A stretch of DNA of 64,000 nt, taken from assembly GCA_000004985.1 (NCBI GenBank), contig GG738884.1; one strand, 5' to 3'. Positions within the stretch are counted from its first letter, which is position 1. Each line of letters begins with the position of its first letter. The stretch comes from Naegleria gruberi (taxonomy: Eukaryota). Shown here piece after piece: positions 9,376 to 21,270 of the stretch. The notes beneath the pieces were generated by a model. The model searched no databases, had not been told where the DNA came from, and saw only the letters and a list, made by a program, of their open reading frames with translations. A program made the position numbers and the translations under genes.

Positions 9376-11114
9376 ATGCTTAACTTGATCGCTTCTTTCA
9401 TGGGCACGATGGGGGAGGATTCGATGCGAGATGATCCTTCTTCTTCATCATCATGGTCCTTGTTGAGGGTTTTAATGATGATCGGGATGAGTTTGTTGGT
9501 AATTGTTGCTTCGTGGTTTGTGGTTGGATTGTTCAAGTTGATGAAGAATATGGCAAAGGTCTCTCATATTCCTGGTACTTTCCAATTTATGTTTTCTCCT
9601 ATTAGGATTCCATTGTTGGCTCCATTGTTTTACATGGGTAATTGGGAAGAAATCTATCAAGCCATTGATAAGTATGGAGATAAGAAGGGAAGTTTAAGAG
9701 TTTCTTATCAAGCTGGTAATACATTCACAACTTGTAATAAGGATATTTTGAAAGAAATTTTCATTACAAAAGCATCAGCTTTTGACAAGCCAGAGTTCTT
9801 GTATGATATGTTTAATTTGATAGATGTGAATATTTTGAGTGCATTGACTACAAGTGATTGGAAAAAACATCACAAAGTGGTAAGCCCTGCATTTTCAAAG
9901 GACAATTTGGAATATGTGTGTGAGGAAGCAGTAAATTGTACTGATTTGATGATGAAATTATTTTGGGAGAAGAGATTGAAGAAGGATGGAAAATTGACAT
10001 TGAGTGACGATGATTTCTGTTCCATCACATTGGAAGTTCTTGGTAGGGCTGGATTTGGACTTTCATTTGGCGTATTTGATGAAAAAGATGAAACTGGCAA
10101 ACAATTTAGAGATGCAGTTGAGAAGGTTATTAATATTGGTATAATGGTTAAAAGATTTGCACCAAACACCTTCCTCTATCATTTGATCCTCAAGTTAACT
10201 GGCATCGAGAAGGCTATCACTTTTGTGAATAATATTTTGGATAAGCATATTGAGGAGAGAAAGAAGGAAGCTGATGAAAACTTTGATAATTTCTCTAAGA
10301 GAGATATTTTGAGTTTATTAGTTAAAGGAAATACAATTGAGAAAGTATTGACTAATTCGGAGCTCAAGAGTAATTCTCTGCTGATTACTCTTGCTGGGGA
10401 TGAAACTACATCAACTACTTTAAGGTATGTCAAAAATTATTCAAACCATTTGATTCAAATATTACAAACTTGTAGTTGGATAATTTACCATTTGTCAAAG
10501 AATAAGGATGTCCAAGAAAAGGCTAGAGAAGAAGTTAACAAATTACTTCCAAATCAAGAAAAACCAAGTGCTGAAACTTTCGAAAAACTTGAATATATCA
10601 ATGCTATTGTTATGGAAACTTTAAGGTAAGTGGAATGGGTACTCATGTTTTTACTCATTCTTGAATTTTAGAGTAAATCCTGCTGTATTGGGTGTTCTTA
10701 AGGTTGCTAATAAGGATGTTCAATTAGGTGAATACAAGATTCCAAAAGGAACATTTATTGAAGGCAACATTTATGCAACTCATAAAGATTGGCCAGAGGC
10801 TAAGGTATTTAAACCAGAGAGATTTATGGATCCTGAGTTGAGAGCGAAATCTCAACATGATTTTTCATATCTTCCATTCTCATCTGGTATTAGAAAATGC
10901 ATTGTAAGTATTTGAATGTGTTTTAAATATTCACAAATTACAGGGATATAAATTTGCTAGTATGGAAGCATGTATGGTTACTGCAAGATTATTGCAATTT
11001 TACAAATTTGATTTGTTGAATGATGAAAAGAATGGAGATGTTATTATTCCATCAAGCGGTATTACAGTGAGGCCACTCAATCTCAAAGTTAGAATCACCC
11101 CATTGAATTGTTAA
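9376..11114 (+). CDS. Cytochrome P450 monooxygenase, about 533 aa, 4 exons: 9376..10424, 10476..10625, 10672..10903, 10944..11114
   Basis: N-terminal membrane anchor. I-helix AGDETTSTTLSW (after splicing). K-helix ETLR. Haem-binding FSSGIRKCIG, completed across the third intron. Introns: 10425..10475 (GTATGT..TGTAG, 51 nt), 10626..10671 (GTAAGT..TTTTAG, 46 nt), 10904..10943 (GTAAGT..TTACAG, 40 nt). Removing them restores the canonical P450 motifs and the reading frame. Confidence 0.85.
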
Positions 11115-11691
11115 CAAATAAAACACTTTGGTACCAAATCTTTGTATTAAGACATCTATTGATAATATTTCAACTTTGTTTGGTTAACATACTTCATCAA
11201 GGAAGTTAGACAACATGGTCATTTCGTCTTGGCTAATTTTTGGTACGAAAACTGTTGGTTGTTGAATTTCTGTGATTAAGGTTTTATCAAATCTGTCAAG
11301 CTTTTCTGGAATAAACTATTGCCATCAAATCCCTTCTTCTTAATTAGGTTCTCTCTTTCCACTTCTGTGGAAGAATTCCAAATTTTATCTGGTTGAAGAG
11401 CTGGAAGTGGGTAATGATTTAATTTTGACTCGGTGCTTTCCTGAAAGCTTTGTTGTTGCTTTTTTTTTAATATTTTTGGTGGTGAAGTGATTTGGCTTTA
11501 AAAGTGCACTGTTGCAACAAATTTTGCAAACATATCACATTGTAAAACATTCCAAATTCAATCAAGTAACCATTTTTAACATTATTTCAATATTCATGCT
11601 CCACCGAAATGGTGAAACTCAACATTTTTCTTGCTTCATATTAAACTTACAAAAAGTTCGACCATTTACAAGAATCAAATAAATTAAAAAA

Positions 11692-12486
11692 ATGTCGCAA
11701 CATCAATCTTCTCACTCATCACTTCTCCTCAATTTTGATCAAACCACAACAAGCATCTCTCATTGCTATAGTGGAGGTTGTGAAGGCACTGATTTTGAAT
11801 GGACAAAAGCTTTCGGAAAGAAGAGCATTGTCTATTCCTTTGCTGGACATCATCAGAGAGTATTGCCAAATGTTGGAGAACAAGTAATAACTCTGGACAA
11901 GAAAGAATTGGCGTTTGCTGATAAGAAATTGAGTGAAGCAAATAAGTATCTAAAGAGAAGGAATACCAAGTTCAATTTGCTGAGACGAAACTATTATATT
12001 ATCAGTAAGGCAGCTTCATGTTATGCCATTATTGAAGAGTTTGAGAATAAAACAGCAAGTAATAAGAGTTCGGTGAGAATAAGAGGAGGAACAGCTTGGG
12101 GATGTCAAATGTTTCTATTGAAATACATTTCGGAAAATCAAATACAAGATAAGAAGAATGTTCAACCCCATTTATATGCATTTTGTCAAGAAGCTGGTAA
12201 TTGTAAATGGTTTGGAATTTCTATGGATGTACAAGGAGGTGAAATTGTTAATACTGATTGGTCAGATATGAATCCAAAGAAATTGAGTGGAAAATTTGCA
12301 GGAATTGGTGTGAGAGCAATCAACGATAGTGGAAAACAAGCCATTCAAAGGTTAGCTAAGGAAGCCTCTATTGTGACTTTGAAAATAGATAGACCACAAA
12401 GTAGAAAGGATCCATATCCAGTTGTTTCAAAATCTCAGATCAATGAAATTATCTCAATTGAAGATGATTCAGAAGATGATGAATAA
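11692..12486 (+). CDS. Hypothetical protein (264 aa) with an acidic C-terminus
   Basis: ATG at 11692; clean ORF with A/T third-position bias. No family recognised. Confidence 0.45.
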   Translation: MSQHQSSHSSLLLNFDQTTTSISHCYSGGCEGTDFEWTKAFGKKSIVYSFAGHHQRVLPNVGEQVITLDKKELAFADKKLSEANKYLKRRNTKFNLLRRNYYIISKAASCYAIIEEFENKTASNKSSVRIRGGTAWGCQMFLLKYISENQIQDKKNVQPHLYAFCQEAGNCKWFGISMDVQGGEIVNTDWSDMNPKKLSGKFAGIGVRAINDSGKQAIQRLAKEASIVTLKIDRPQSRKDPYPVVSKSQINEIISIEDDSEDDE

Positions 12487-12671
12487 ATCAAAAGAAAAGG
12501 AATGCATTTTTATCTCCCTCCTGACTTGGGAATTGTTTGCTGTGGGAGAAAATGGTAAACTATATCAACAACTTTTGAATAGGACAATTTTTGTCAGTTA
12601 TCATTAATGTTTCGAATATTTGAAGAACTGTTTCCTTGATCACGCCAAATCTTTCTCAAACATAAAAAAAT

Positions 12672-13025
12672 ATGAATAAGCAAAACGTTAAGCGAACAGC
12701 AACTGTTCACCAATACTATTCGATTCTTGCAAGCAGAGATTCTACAGGTTTCAGTTTCTCAAATCCCACAACCTTTGTTGAACCAGAAGCCACAACAAGA
12801 TGCACAACACGTTGTGATCAACAAATTCAAACAACCCAATCCTCTTCACCAACACTGCTAACCCACACCATACCACTCACTCATCATAATCGTTTCTATT
12901 CGAAATCAACAACAAACACCACAGGAATGAGTCAAGATGAAATTCGAAAGCTCTATGATAAGGCATGGGAATGGTTCAAAGAGCCAATTTCAATCCAACC
13001 CAATCAAAATACAATCAAAAAGTGA
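12672..13025 (+). CDS. Small hypothetical ORF (117 aa)
   Basis: ATG-initiated ORF in an otherwise empty intergenic stretch. Thr/Gln-rich; weak support. Confidence 0.2.
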   Translation: MNKQNVKRTATVHQYYSILASRDSTGFSFSNPTTFVEPEATTRCTTRCDQQIQTTQSSSPTLLTHTIPLTHHNRFYSKSTTNTTGMSQDEIRKLYDKAWEWFKEPISIQPNQNTIKK

Positions 13026-13630
13026 TTCTCTAGATTGGTTTCAATCAAAATCGTACCAATAAAATAAACGAGAATGTTGTCAATGTACATATTTGGAGTG
13101 TTTGACTTGTCGTTAAACAAGTTTTTCCACATTATTTGCCCAACAACACTGACAACCCATTACATGTTGGCTAGTTGTGATTACATTAGTGTGCCATGTA
13201 AAATCAATAGATAAAAAAATTTATCACTACAGGTTTATTACTCAGTTTACAACGAATCTATTCACTATCCTCTCTTCAATCCAGTTTGCTTCAATTACCA
13301 TGGTCTTATGAGTCCTATTGACGAACAAGTGAGAGGTCCCTCCAACCTGGTTCTTGTACAACAATGAATTACAGAATCGACGATAGTGAGCATCCATTTA
13401 CCTTACTCTCCACTCCCAATTTATAACCCAGGACAGTTACCACTGCCTGGTATAGATAAAAAAATGTAAATTTTAGGAAACAATATCAATTCAGGTTGAG
13501 AAAGTACCTGTTAGGATTATTGAACTCAATTGAAGAATATTTCTGCTAGACATTGCAATATTGTAATATTATTACAGCTGTGTTCTGTAATGGAATGGCA
13601 GTATTTCATAAAATCAAAATTTAAAAAAAA

Positions 13631-14329
13631 ATGGAAAAACCACTCAAAGCAACCTTCGCCTTCTTGCGACGTTTCTTCTGGGGATTGGAAGATTTTATCA
13701 ATTCACAAACAAAGATTTCCTTCCTCTCGATCAGTTCAAGTAGTACCACAATGATACTTACAAAGGGAACAAGTTTTCAAACCTATCTTGCCTATGCCAT
13801 TCTTGTTGATTGTTTGAGACGTTCATTCGGACTTGATTCATGTCCAATAGAGGTTGATTATTCGAGAGCAGAGTGCAAGGATTTTCTCATCAAAGTTACT
13901 GGATATCATCCCAGTTTTGTCACCTATGACTATTATATTAAACGATTTGATGGATTTATAATGAATTTGGATCAGACAAAATTATCTACTCAAGTACAGA
14001 GTTCATTGGAGTATTTATTGAATTTTCTACAGGTGGATGATAGTCGATATTTTGATGATGTTGAGGAGGCCAAGGGAAGTTATCATCGACCAATTCTATT
14101 TGTTTACTTGATGAAGAATGGAAAGAGATACCCCAAAGTTGAAGAATTAACAAAGCAAGTGGAAGAATTGATTGAAAAAACAAAATTTGATCCGAATCAA
14201 TTTCATATTACCTTTCTGTATGAAACAGTTTTTGTTGGGGAGGAGCAAGCAGAGAAATTAAGCAAACAAAATGATGCAGAATTCTATTCGGCAATTGAGT
14301 GGTTATTTAGTAAGTGTGCTATGAAATAA
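13631..14329 (+). CDS. Hypothetical protein (232 aa)
   Basis: ATG at 13631; globular-looking composition with codon bias. No family recognised. Confidence 0.45.
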   Translation: MEKPLKATFAFLRRFFWGLEDFINSQTKISFLSISSSSTTMILTKGTSFQTYLAYAILVDCLRRSFGLDSCPIEVDYSRAECKDFLIKVTGYHPSFVTYDYYIKRFDGFIMNLDQTKLSTQVQSSLEYLLNFLQVDDSRYFDDVEEAKGSYHRPILFVYLMKNGKRYPKVEELTKQVEELIEKTKFDPNQFHITFLYETVFVGEEQAEKLSKQNDAEFYSAIEWLFSKCAMK

Positions 14330-15008
14330 TGATCTCTTTTATATCGTCTTGCACTTTACTGGCTCGATTCGTATTTTCGAGGCCAGCAAATATTAACCTT
14401 CTTTCCATAAGCTCTGTTGGTGAATCAGTTAAGCCAATCACATTTTGTAAAATAGTGGACATTGGAAGTTGGACAAAGAATAATTGCATCCATTCCCACC
14501 TTTCCATGACAACCAATCTTGTAGTCATTAGTGTTTGTATTGTGGTTGTATTTTTTCTACCACACTCAATTAGGACAATTCCATAGCCAAGATTTAACAC
14601 TTTTAAGGAGTTGAATTCAATATGGCAGAAAGGATTACCTACAATGTAACCTTACACTTAAAAAGAGTGAATTACAGCAAATCAGAGGAGCTAACATTTT
14701 GGCAAGAAAATAATAAAATTTAAAACATTTATGCAAGGAATACATGTAAGATGGTTCAATTTTGTGGTATTAAGAAGGGATAATGTCAATGATCTTTATG
14801 ACAAATAAATTTAGAAAGAAATAGGAGTCGTGTAAATCTTTGGGTACTTTAAGTTTCCACAATTTAAACAGGTTACTCTCAAAACGCCATTTTTCTCATT
14901 CCCAAATTCCTAAATGTAAAAGGGAGTTTTCTTAACTCCTGATACTCCGGAGAACCATTTTAAAAGGGCTTGCTTATCTCATTGAATATTGAAACTAATA
15001 CTGAAAAA

Positions 15009-16664
15009 ATGGCTATTACCCTTGTTAAGGATTTCAATTCAAGCATGTGCAAACTATTAGTTGTGGCAATTATGATTCTAAGCTTTTGTTACACATGTTA
15101 TGGACAACAAACACCAATCATCTCTGCTGAGCCAGAGGTTTCCTACTGGATAAACAATACCAATAGTAAGGAAGATCCAACCACACATGTCTATACTTCA
15201 CAACTGTATCAATATGATAGCTTGTTGGGAAGTCCACCAATGGATTTTGATAACACTCAATTATTCTTTGAGTATGAAAAGGCAGATGGCAATTATTTCT
15301 TCAAAGTGAATGTTATTTCTACTGAAGTCGACTCTATCCAAAAGACGGTATTTGGTATTCTTGAACTATCTGTTCAAAGTGATAAAGGCGTTCCTGATAG
15401 AGCTGTTTTTAGATTTAATGCCCCAAATGGTATCATGAATGTTGATTTACTTAGACATACTAGAGCAACATTCATTGCTCCATCTTCATATTCAATTGAG
15501 TTGAGTCCAGTTGGTGATAAGTATGGTATCATTAGAAGATATTGCAACATGTTTGAAGTAGAGGTTAACTTGAAATTTGTTACTGAATCTTTGGGAAAGA
15601 GTACTTTCCAACTTTCTATCTGGACAGAAGATAGCCCAAATGATCCAACTCCACTCGTTGATTATAGATGGCTTGAAGTTCCTTATCCTGCCTCATTCAT
15701 GATGAAATTGGAATCTGAACCTGCCTTTACTAGATACTTTGGTGTTGGTTTCTTTGGTCAATCACCTGTTAATTATTTGCAAGCTGCTCCTCCAAAGTTC
15801 ATGTTAACTGAAGTCAACAATGTCAAAATTCAAGATATTAAGGATGATAGATTGAATACTGGAACATTCACTGTCATGAAAAGTTATTCCTTCCAATCAG
15901 ATAATCTTAATACAAAGGGTTCTTTCATGCAATACAATTATGCATACACTGACTTGAAAGATATTTATGGAAATGAAGTTGAAATTAAGTTTGACGAAGT
16001 GTATTGTGGAACATCCAATGGTGTTGCATATCAACCTGGTGTTCCAATCTATCCAGTCACTGCTTCCTATGAAAGTTATGGTTCAGTCATGTGTCCAGAA
16101 AGTGTCATGGTTCCAAATAGTGTTGTTATCATCTATGCTAAAGTTGTCATGATTAAGAGACCACAAGTTGATGTTTTGACCGACAGTGAAAAGGTTTCTG
16201 GTGAAGTTTCCAACGGATTCGGCAAACTCATGAGAACTGGCCAAATTGACCAAGATACATGTGTCCTTTTCAAAGGATCTGTTGCCAAAAGCAAACTCTC
16301 CATCTACATGTTACAACAAAAACTCGAAACTTACAATATCAATCCAAGTCCAAAACAATACACTGAACTCCAAACATTAGAAATTGGTTCTGATCTCACC
16401 GCCAAATTCTGTTCCACAAAGGAAAAATTCGATAAGGTTGGAGCATTCCAACAAGAAATGGCCTTCTTGTTACTTTCATCCGAAACTAGTATGGTTAGTG
16501 ACTTTAAACTTGTGGCCTCTGTTGGAGAACCATCTGTGGCTGGAACTGTTGTTGGTATCTTGTTCGCTGTTGGCATTGTTGGTTTGCTCATTGTTGCTTC
16601 CATTATTGGAGGAATCATGTATTGGCGAAGAAGAAAGTCTGCTGCTTATGACTCTATCAATTAA
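15009..16664 (+). CDS. Type I membrane glycoprotein (about 551 aa): signal peptide, large extracellular domain with many N-x-S/T sites, C-terminal TM (VVGILFAVGIVGLLIVASIIGGIMYW) followed by RRRK
   Basis: The ORF-track start at 14970 is a TTG; the first ATG is at 15009 (MAITLVKDFNSSMCKLLVVAIMILSFCYTCYGQQ, signal-like). The TM plus basic stop-transfer is read directly. Confidence 0.5.
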   Translation: MAITLVKDFNSSMCKLLVVAIMILSFCYTCYGQQTPIISAEPEVSYWINNTNSKEDPTTHVYTSQLYQYDSLLGSPPMDFDNTQLFFEYEKADGNYFFKVNVISTEVDSIQKTVFGILELSVQSDKGVPDRAVFRFNAPNGIMNVDLLRHTRATFIAPSSYSIELSPVGDKYGIIRRYCNMFEVEVNLKFVTESLGKSTFQLSIWTEDSPNDPTPLVDYRWLEVPYPASFMMKLESEPAFTRYFGVGFFGQSPVNYLQAAPPKFMLTEVNNVKIQDIKDDRLNTGTFTVMKSYSFQSDNLNTKGSFMQYNYAYTDLKDIYGNEVEIKFDEVYCGTSNGVAYQPGVPIYPVTASYESYGSVMCPESVMVPNSVVIIYAKVVMIKRPQVDVLTDSEKVSGEVSNGFGKLMRTGQIDQDTCVLFKGSVAKSKLSIYMLQQKLETYNINPSPKQYTELQTLEIGSDLTAKFCSTKEKFDKVGAFQQEMAFLLLSSETSMVSDFKLVASVGEPSVAGTVVGILFAVGIVGLLIVASIIGGIMYWRRRKSAAYDSIN

Positions 16665-16794
16665 TAAATTACCTGTCCTTCTTTCTCTTTATTGTTTCCA
16701 CAGAATACCTGAATATGTTGCAGTGTAACAAAATGTGTGACATCTCCGTCCATTGGATGGTTGTGAGTAAGAATAATTTCACAACTTGAAAAAA

Positions 16795-19140
16795 ATGTTT
16801 GGACTATTGCAATCGATGGTTAGAATGGAGACCGAAGCTGAGTGTATCACTTTGGCACAACCTAGTGTTGGTATTCATCAAGTTAAACCATTGTTTTTTG
16901 TCAAAAGAAAGGAAAATGATTCGGAAGAATCAACATCCATTGTTGAAATTATTACATCAGCAAAATTAGTAGAATACAATGATGATGATAACAATTCAGA
17001 AAGGAATTGGCAATTTTTGTTCAATAGAAAGACTTTATTTAATAATTCGAGTGGTGGCAATACTACTTTTCAAAAGGAAACTCCTCTCGGGGTAGGATCT
17101 AGTTTGATTGTGGATTGGGAGAGTCAGTTTTTGAATAGTGTTTCCAAGGAGGGAGAATCAAAGAAGGTGAGAGCTTGTTGCTCTTTTAATGTAAGAATAT
17201 GGAGCTCTGCTGATACTCCAAAATATGATCAAGGACTGCCTTGTCTCATTAAGGATTGGAATTTTGATACATTATCGAATGAGAGTTTTCAAATTTTCAA
17301 ATCAAATGATGGAAGTGAAGATGCATGCAGATGTATTGGATTTATTGATGGGAAATTGGTCAGACACTTGTGTCATATGGGACAGAATGCATTGTATATT
17401 GAGGAGAGAGATGGTACAATTGAAGGTATGGAAAAGATTGATGTTCCTAATTGGAATTCTCATTCCTCTTTCATGATTCCTCTTCCTTGTGAAAATTATG
17501 AAGAGAGAAAATATTCACTGAATGCTCTGGTTGGAAATAATAACGCAATCTACAAGTTTAATCTCAAAGAAAAACAATTCGAAAGTGTTGTTCTGAAAGA
17601 TATGACATTCCTCTCTGATTTTGATCTTTCAATGGTTAATTCTCAAGTTATTATTAAGGAAGGTAATAGACTCAGAGTATTCTTAAATATTTCTAATAGT
17701 CTTTTTGAATTGAGATGGAATGAGAAAGAACTAGTTGTTGTAGATCATCTTGTTTGGCTTAGAAATGAAATCAATAATATTGTAAGAGTAGGAAATTCTC
17801 TCCTCATCTTGAGTTCCAAAGGAGACTTTGTTTATACTCCTTCATTATATGATGCTGATGCAAAGACAGGAACTTTGGCGCCAGTCAATATTCCAGAGAA
17901 TACAGCCCACAAATTGCTATGGGATGATGAAACCATGTCCTTAATTAATGGAATCGATTTGTTAAAGGGTGAATCAAATTGCACAATTTTGACAAGTGAA
18001 ACTATCTCACAACTGGAAACAAAGCCAATCTCTGAACGCTATTCTGAGAAGGATTTGTTGAATCAATATCTATTCAAGAACTATGTACCACCAAAAATTA
18101 CAGATGCACTCTCAGTCACAGAACGCCAACCAGGAGATCATTCATTCAGAGGAGATGTTTACTACGAGTGTAAAAAAGGTCGATACAATGATATGGAAAT
18201 TATTGCTGGAATTAAATGTAGAGAGAATGAAAAATTGAAATTTGCAATCTCTCCACAATATGTTGAATTGAATCCACAAGATTTGGCAGATTACTTGGGA
18301 GCTCCTGTGATGGTTCCTAATTTTAATGGTGAAACTTTTGCTGTAGGTCACATTCATGATATGGATGGGAAGAAAAGAGATTCTGACTCTGTTATAATTC
18401 ATCGTGGATTTTTTAGCAACTTTAATTTGAAAGGAAATGACTTTCTTGCCATTCTCTCTCCAAAAGATGAAACCTCGGCCACCCCAGAAGAAATTTCAAA
18501 TAGTGGAAATCAAGAATGGAAAGAGCTAGCAACAAGAAAGCAGTTAAGAGTTGACTCAAATCAAATAAGAGTGGCTGACTTTACAAACAGGGGTTATGTT
18601 GAAATTGATAATGTGGAGAGTGGTATTTGGTCGTATAATCAAAAACTTGAAGATGATCTTCCAGGTCAATTAATTGCCTTTAATCAAAATTACAAAGATT
18701 CAATCAATACGAATATTGAACAAGATTGGAATGTTCCAGATGAAACTTTTTCTGAGGAATTACACAATTCATATAGTATTTCTGAATTGACATCAAAAAC
18801 AAGACCATTAAGTAATGATTGGCAAGTGTCAGCATGTGGAATTTGTGTAGATGGTGGCAATGTTGGAATTTTTGATGCAATCCATTACCAAGATGACACT
18901 GTATTCGGTATGGAAGCAAAAGGATTTGACAAATATTTCAAATCATATGACTCTGGTTGGACTGGTCAATTGAACAGCATGTTGAGGGAACAAAGCTATC
19001 CACTATTGATGAATATTCCATTTGGTATCATTTCAAGAGATGCTGACACAGGCGATGGAAGATTTGCCTGTTTATCCAAAGTGTACAATGGAAAAGTTGT
19101 AGCCGTTAAGGTGATTATTCAACATTCTGCCTATGAATAA
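16795..19140 (+). CDS. Hypothetical protein (about 781 aa)
   Basis: The ORF-track start at 16786 is a TTG; the first ATG is at 16795. Long uninterrupted frame with codon bias. No family recognised. Confidence 0.5.
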   Translation: MFGLLQSMVRMETEAECITLAQPSVGIHQVKPLFFVKRKENDSEESTSIVEIITSAKLVEYNDDDNNSERNWQFLFNRKTLFNNSSGGNTTFQKETPLGVGSSLIVDWESQFLNSVSKEGESKKVRACCSFNVRIWSSADTPKYDQGLPCLIKDWNFDTLSNESFQIFKSNDGSEDACRCIGFIDGKLVRHLCHMGQNALYIEERDGTIEGMEKIDVPNWNSHSSFMIPLPCENYEERKYSLNALVGNNNAIYKFNLKEKQFESVVLKDMTFLSDFDLSMVNSQVIIKEGNRLRVFLNISNSLFELRWNEKELVVVDHLVWLRNEINNIVRVGNSLLILSSKGDFVYTPSLYDADAKTGTLAPVNIPENTAHKLLWDDETMSLINGIDLLKGESNCTILTSETISQLETKPISERYSEKDLLNQYLFKNYVPPKITDALSVTERQPGDHSFRGDVYYECKKGRYNDMEIIAGIKCRENEKLKFAISPQYVELNPQDLADYLGAPVMVPNFNGETFAVGHIHDMDGKKRDSDSVIIHRGFFSNFNLKGNDFLAILSPKDETSATPEEISNSGNQEWKELATRKQLRVDSNQIRVADFTNRGYVEIDNVESGIWSYNQKLEDDLPGQLIAFNQNYKDSINTNIEQDWNVPDETFSEELHNSYSISELTSKTRPLSNDWQVSACGICVDGGNVGIFDAIHYQDDTVFGMEAKGFDKYFKSYDSGWTGQLNSMLREQSYPLLMNIPFGIISRDADTGDGRFACLSKVYNGKVVAVKVIIQHSAYE

Positions 19141-19442
19141 TAAGTAACGCAACTAATTATTGTAGAGTTTGAATATCTATTGTAAAATATTATGAACCAT
19201 TTATTTCTCATTTAAAAGCACTCAATGCTCCCTTAAAGCACTATTGAATACATACAATTCAGGTTGAAAATCTGCGATTTTGAAGCCTTCTTTTTGATTA
19301 CATCACATGAAAGAGGTGTTACAATAAAGATTCAACTCAAATGGACATTAAACACAGTATCGTTCAACAACAAACGAAAAAAAATACATCAACTGTTATT
19401 GTGGAGAGTATTTTCAGTTTTTGTTAGTTGGAAAAAAAGCGT

Positions 19443-21270
19443 ATGATGATGATGGTCGGAGATACGTTCAATAGAAAGATTTTAATAGCCTCCGTTGTGA
19501 TGGCAATGCTGATCTTTGTGATGACAATGGTGGAGAGTAGAAGAATAATATCACCATTCAAGACAAATACTGATAATGTAGATACATTTAAAGTGTTTCC
19601 ACTTCCTGATCAATATTCAACAGGATCAATTGTTGGTATAATCCCTGATTGGAAGAATTTCAATATTGCTTTTCAACAAAATCCAGAATCACCTGGAGAT
19701 TTTGATATTATTTCTGATGCATTCGAGAGATATGGTGGAATGATTTTCTATAATCAAGCTGTTGATTCATCTGCAACTTGTCCTACATTGAATGGTACAA
19801 AAGTTTATTGTATGAATAGAGCTGTTTTGACTATTCTTAAAGGAAGTACTGATTTAATTCCAAAACCATTCCTTGGTATGGATGAAAGTTATGCTATTAC
19901 TGTCAATCCAAGTGATGGATTTATTCAAATGACAGCTAATACTGTTTGGGGAGGTCTCAGAGCTTTGGAATCAATTTCACAACTTATTGTGCCAACTGAC
20001 AATATGAATGGAGTTGATTTTGGAAAGGTTTATTATTCATTCGCTGAATATTTACCTATTCTAATTAAGGATCAACCAAGATTTTCTTGGAGAGGATTTC
20101 TTGTAGACACCAGTAGACATTATTACTCTGTTAAGAAGATTTTGCAAATCATTGATTCTCTTGCCTATTTAAAGATGAACGTTTTCCATTGGCATATTGT
20201 TGATGCTCAAAGCTTCCCTCTTGTCGTCGATGCCTATCCAAACCTCAGTGGAAAGGGTGCCTATCAAAAGAAGGCTGTTTACTCTGCTGAAGATATTCTT
20301 GCCATTACTGAATATGGTAGAAGAAGAGGTGTCAGAGTTATTCCAGAAATTGATATTCCAGGTCATGCTGGATCTTGGGGATTTGGTTATCCTGAAATTA
20401 CTGCCAACTGTCCAAGTTACAAGCACAACATCAATAATATTCCACTCAATATTGCTGAACCAAAGACTTACCAAGTGTTAGGAGCTATCATCAAGCAATT
20501 AGTTCAAAATGGATTTTCTGATCAGTACTACCACTTTGGTGGAGATGAACTCGTCATGGGTTGTTGGCTCCAAGATCCAAGTATTCTATCATTCATGAAG
20601 CAAAAGGGATTCACACAACCAGTCCAATTGTTGCACTACTTTGAAGATAATTTGAGAACCTTGTACAAACCATACAATAAGACTATGATTTGTTGGGAAG
20701 AACTCGCTTTGGAATACGGATACAATTTGCCAAAGGATACTATTGTTCATGTTTGGAAGGAAAGACACACTCTTATTGACGTTGTCAAGATGGGTTACCA
20801 AACCTTGTTGAGTGGTGGTTGGTATTTGGATCAACAAATTCCAAACCATAATCAAACTTTCTATGGTATGTTTCTTCTAAATTTCTCAAATATTAATTCT
20901 AATAATTTCAAATTAATCGATTACTGAATTGTGAATGTTTTCTTAAACAGAATGGGTTGATACTTGGATTAATTTTTATCAAAATGACCCAACTGAAGGA
21001 TTTGGTATGACTGATAGTCAAAAGAAATTAGTTTTGGGTGGTGAAGGAGCCATGTGGAGTGAACAAGTCGATGATGCCAACTTTGACTCTCGTGTCTTCC
21101 CTCGTACTCTTGCTATTGCTGAAAGATTGTGGAGTAGTAGTTCTGTTACTGACCTCACTAGTGCCAGAATCAGAATGGAATACAGCAGATGTAACGTCTT
21201 GGTTCGTAGAGGTGTCAATGCTGGTCCAGTAATGCCAGGTTATTGTCAAGCTACTTATGATAACTTCTAA
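19443..21270 (+). CDS. Beta-hexosaminidase (glycoside hydrolase family 20), 2 exons: 19443..20865, 20951..21270
   Basis: Signal anchor, then the GH20 catalytic core RFSWRGFLVDTSRHYY...MNVFHWHIVDAQSFP...VIPEIDIPGHAGSW...HFGGDE. Exon 2 supplies the conserved C-terminus EWVDTW...LGGEGAMWSEQVDDANFDSRVFPRTLAIAERLWS. Intron 20866..20950 (GTATGT..AAACAG, 85 nt, phase 1). The ORF-track start at 19428 is a TTG; the first ATG is at 19443. Confidence 0.85.

Noticed and set aside
10425-10475. Treating the 17 in-frame codons (YVKNYSNHLIQILQTCS) as coding sequence, as the ORF track does
   Set aside because: Perfect GTATGT donor and TGTAG acceptor, and removing it restores the universal P450 I-helix motif (A/G)GxETT..TL.W. 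I kept it as an intron but flagged retention as a finding.
14314-14600. Two overlapping ~90-aa ORFs on opposite strands just after the 13631..14329 gene
   Set aside because: Mutually overlapping, no ATG-context or codon-bias support, hydrophobic low-complexity products. Most likely a 3'UTR or spacer.
16331-16728. Overlapping ORFs at the 3' end of the 15009..16664 membrane-protein gene
   Set aside because: They read the TM-encoding GC-richer segment in other frames or strands, producing hydrophobic artefacts. The primary frame gives a coherent signal peptide, ectodomain, TM and RRRK architecture.
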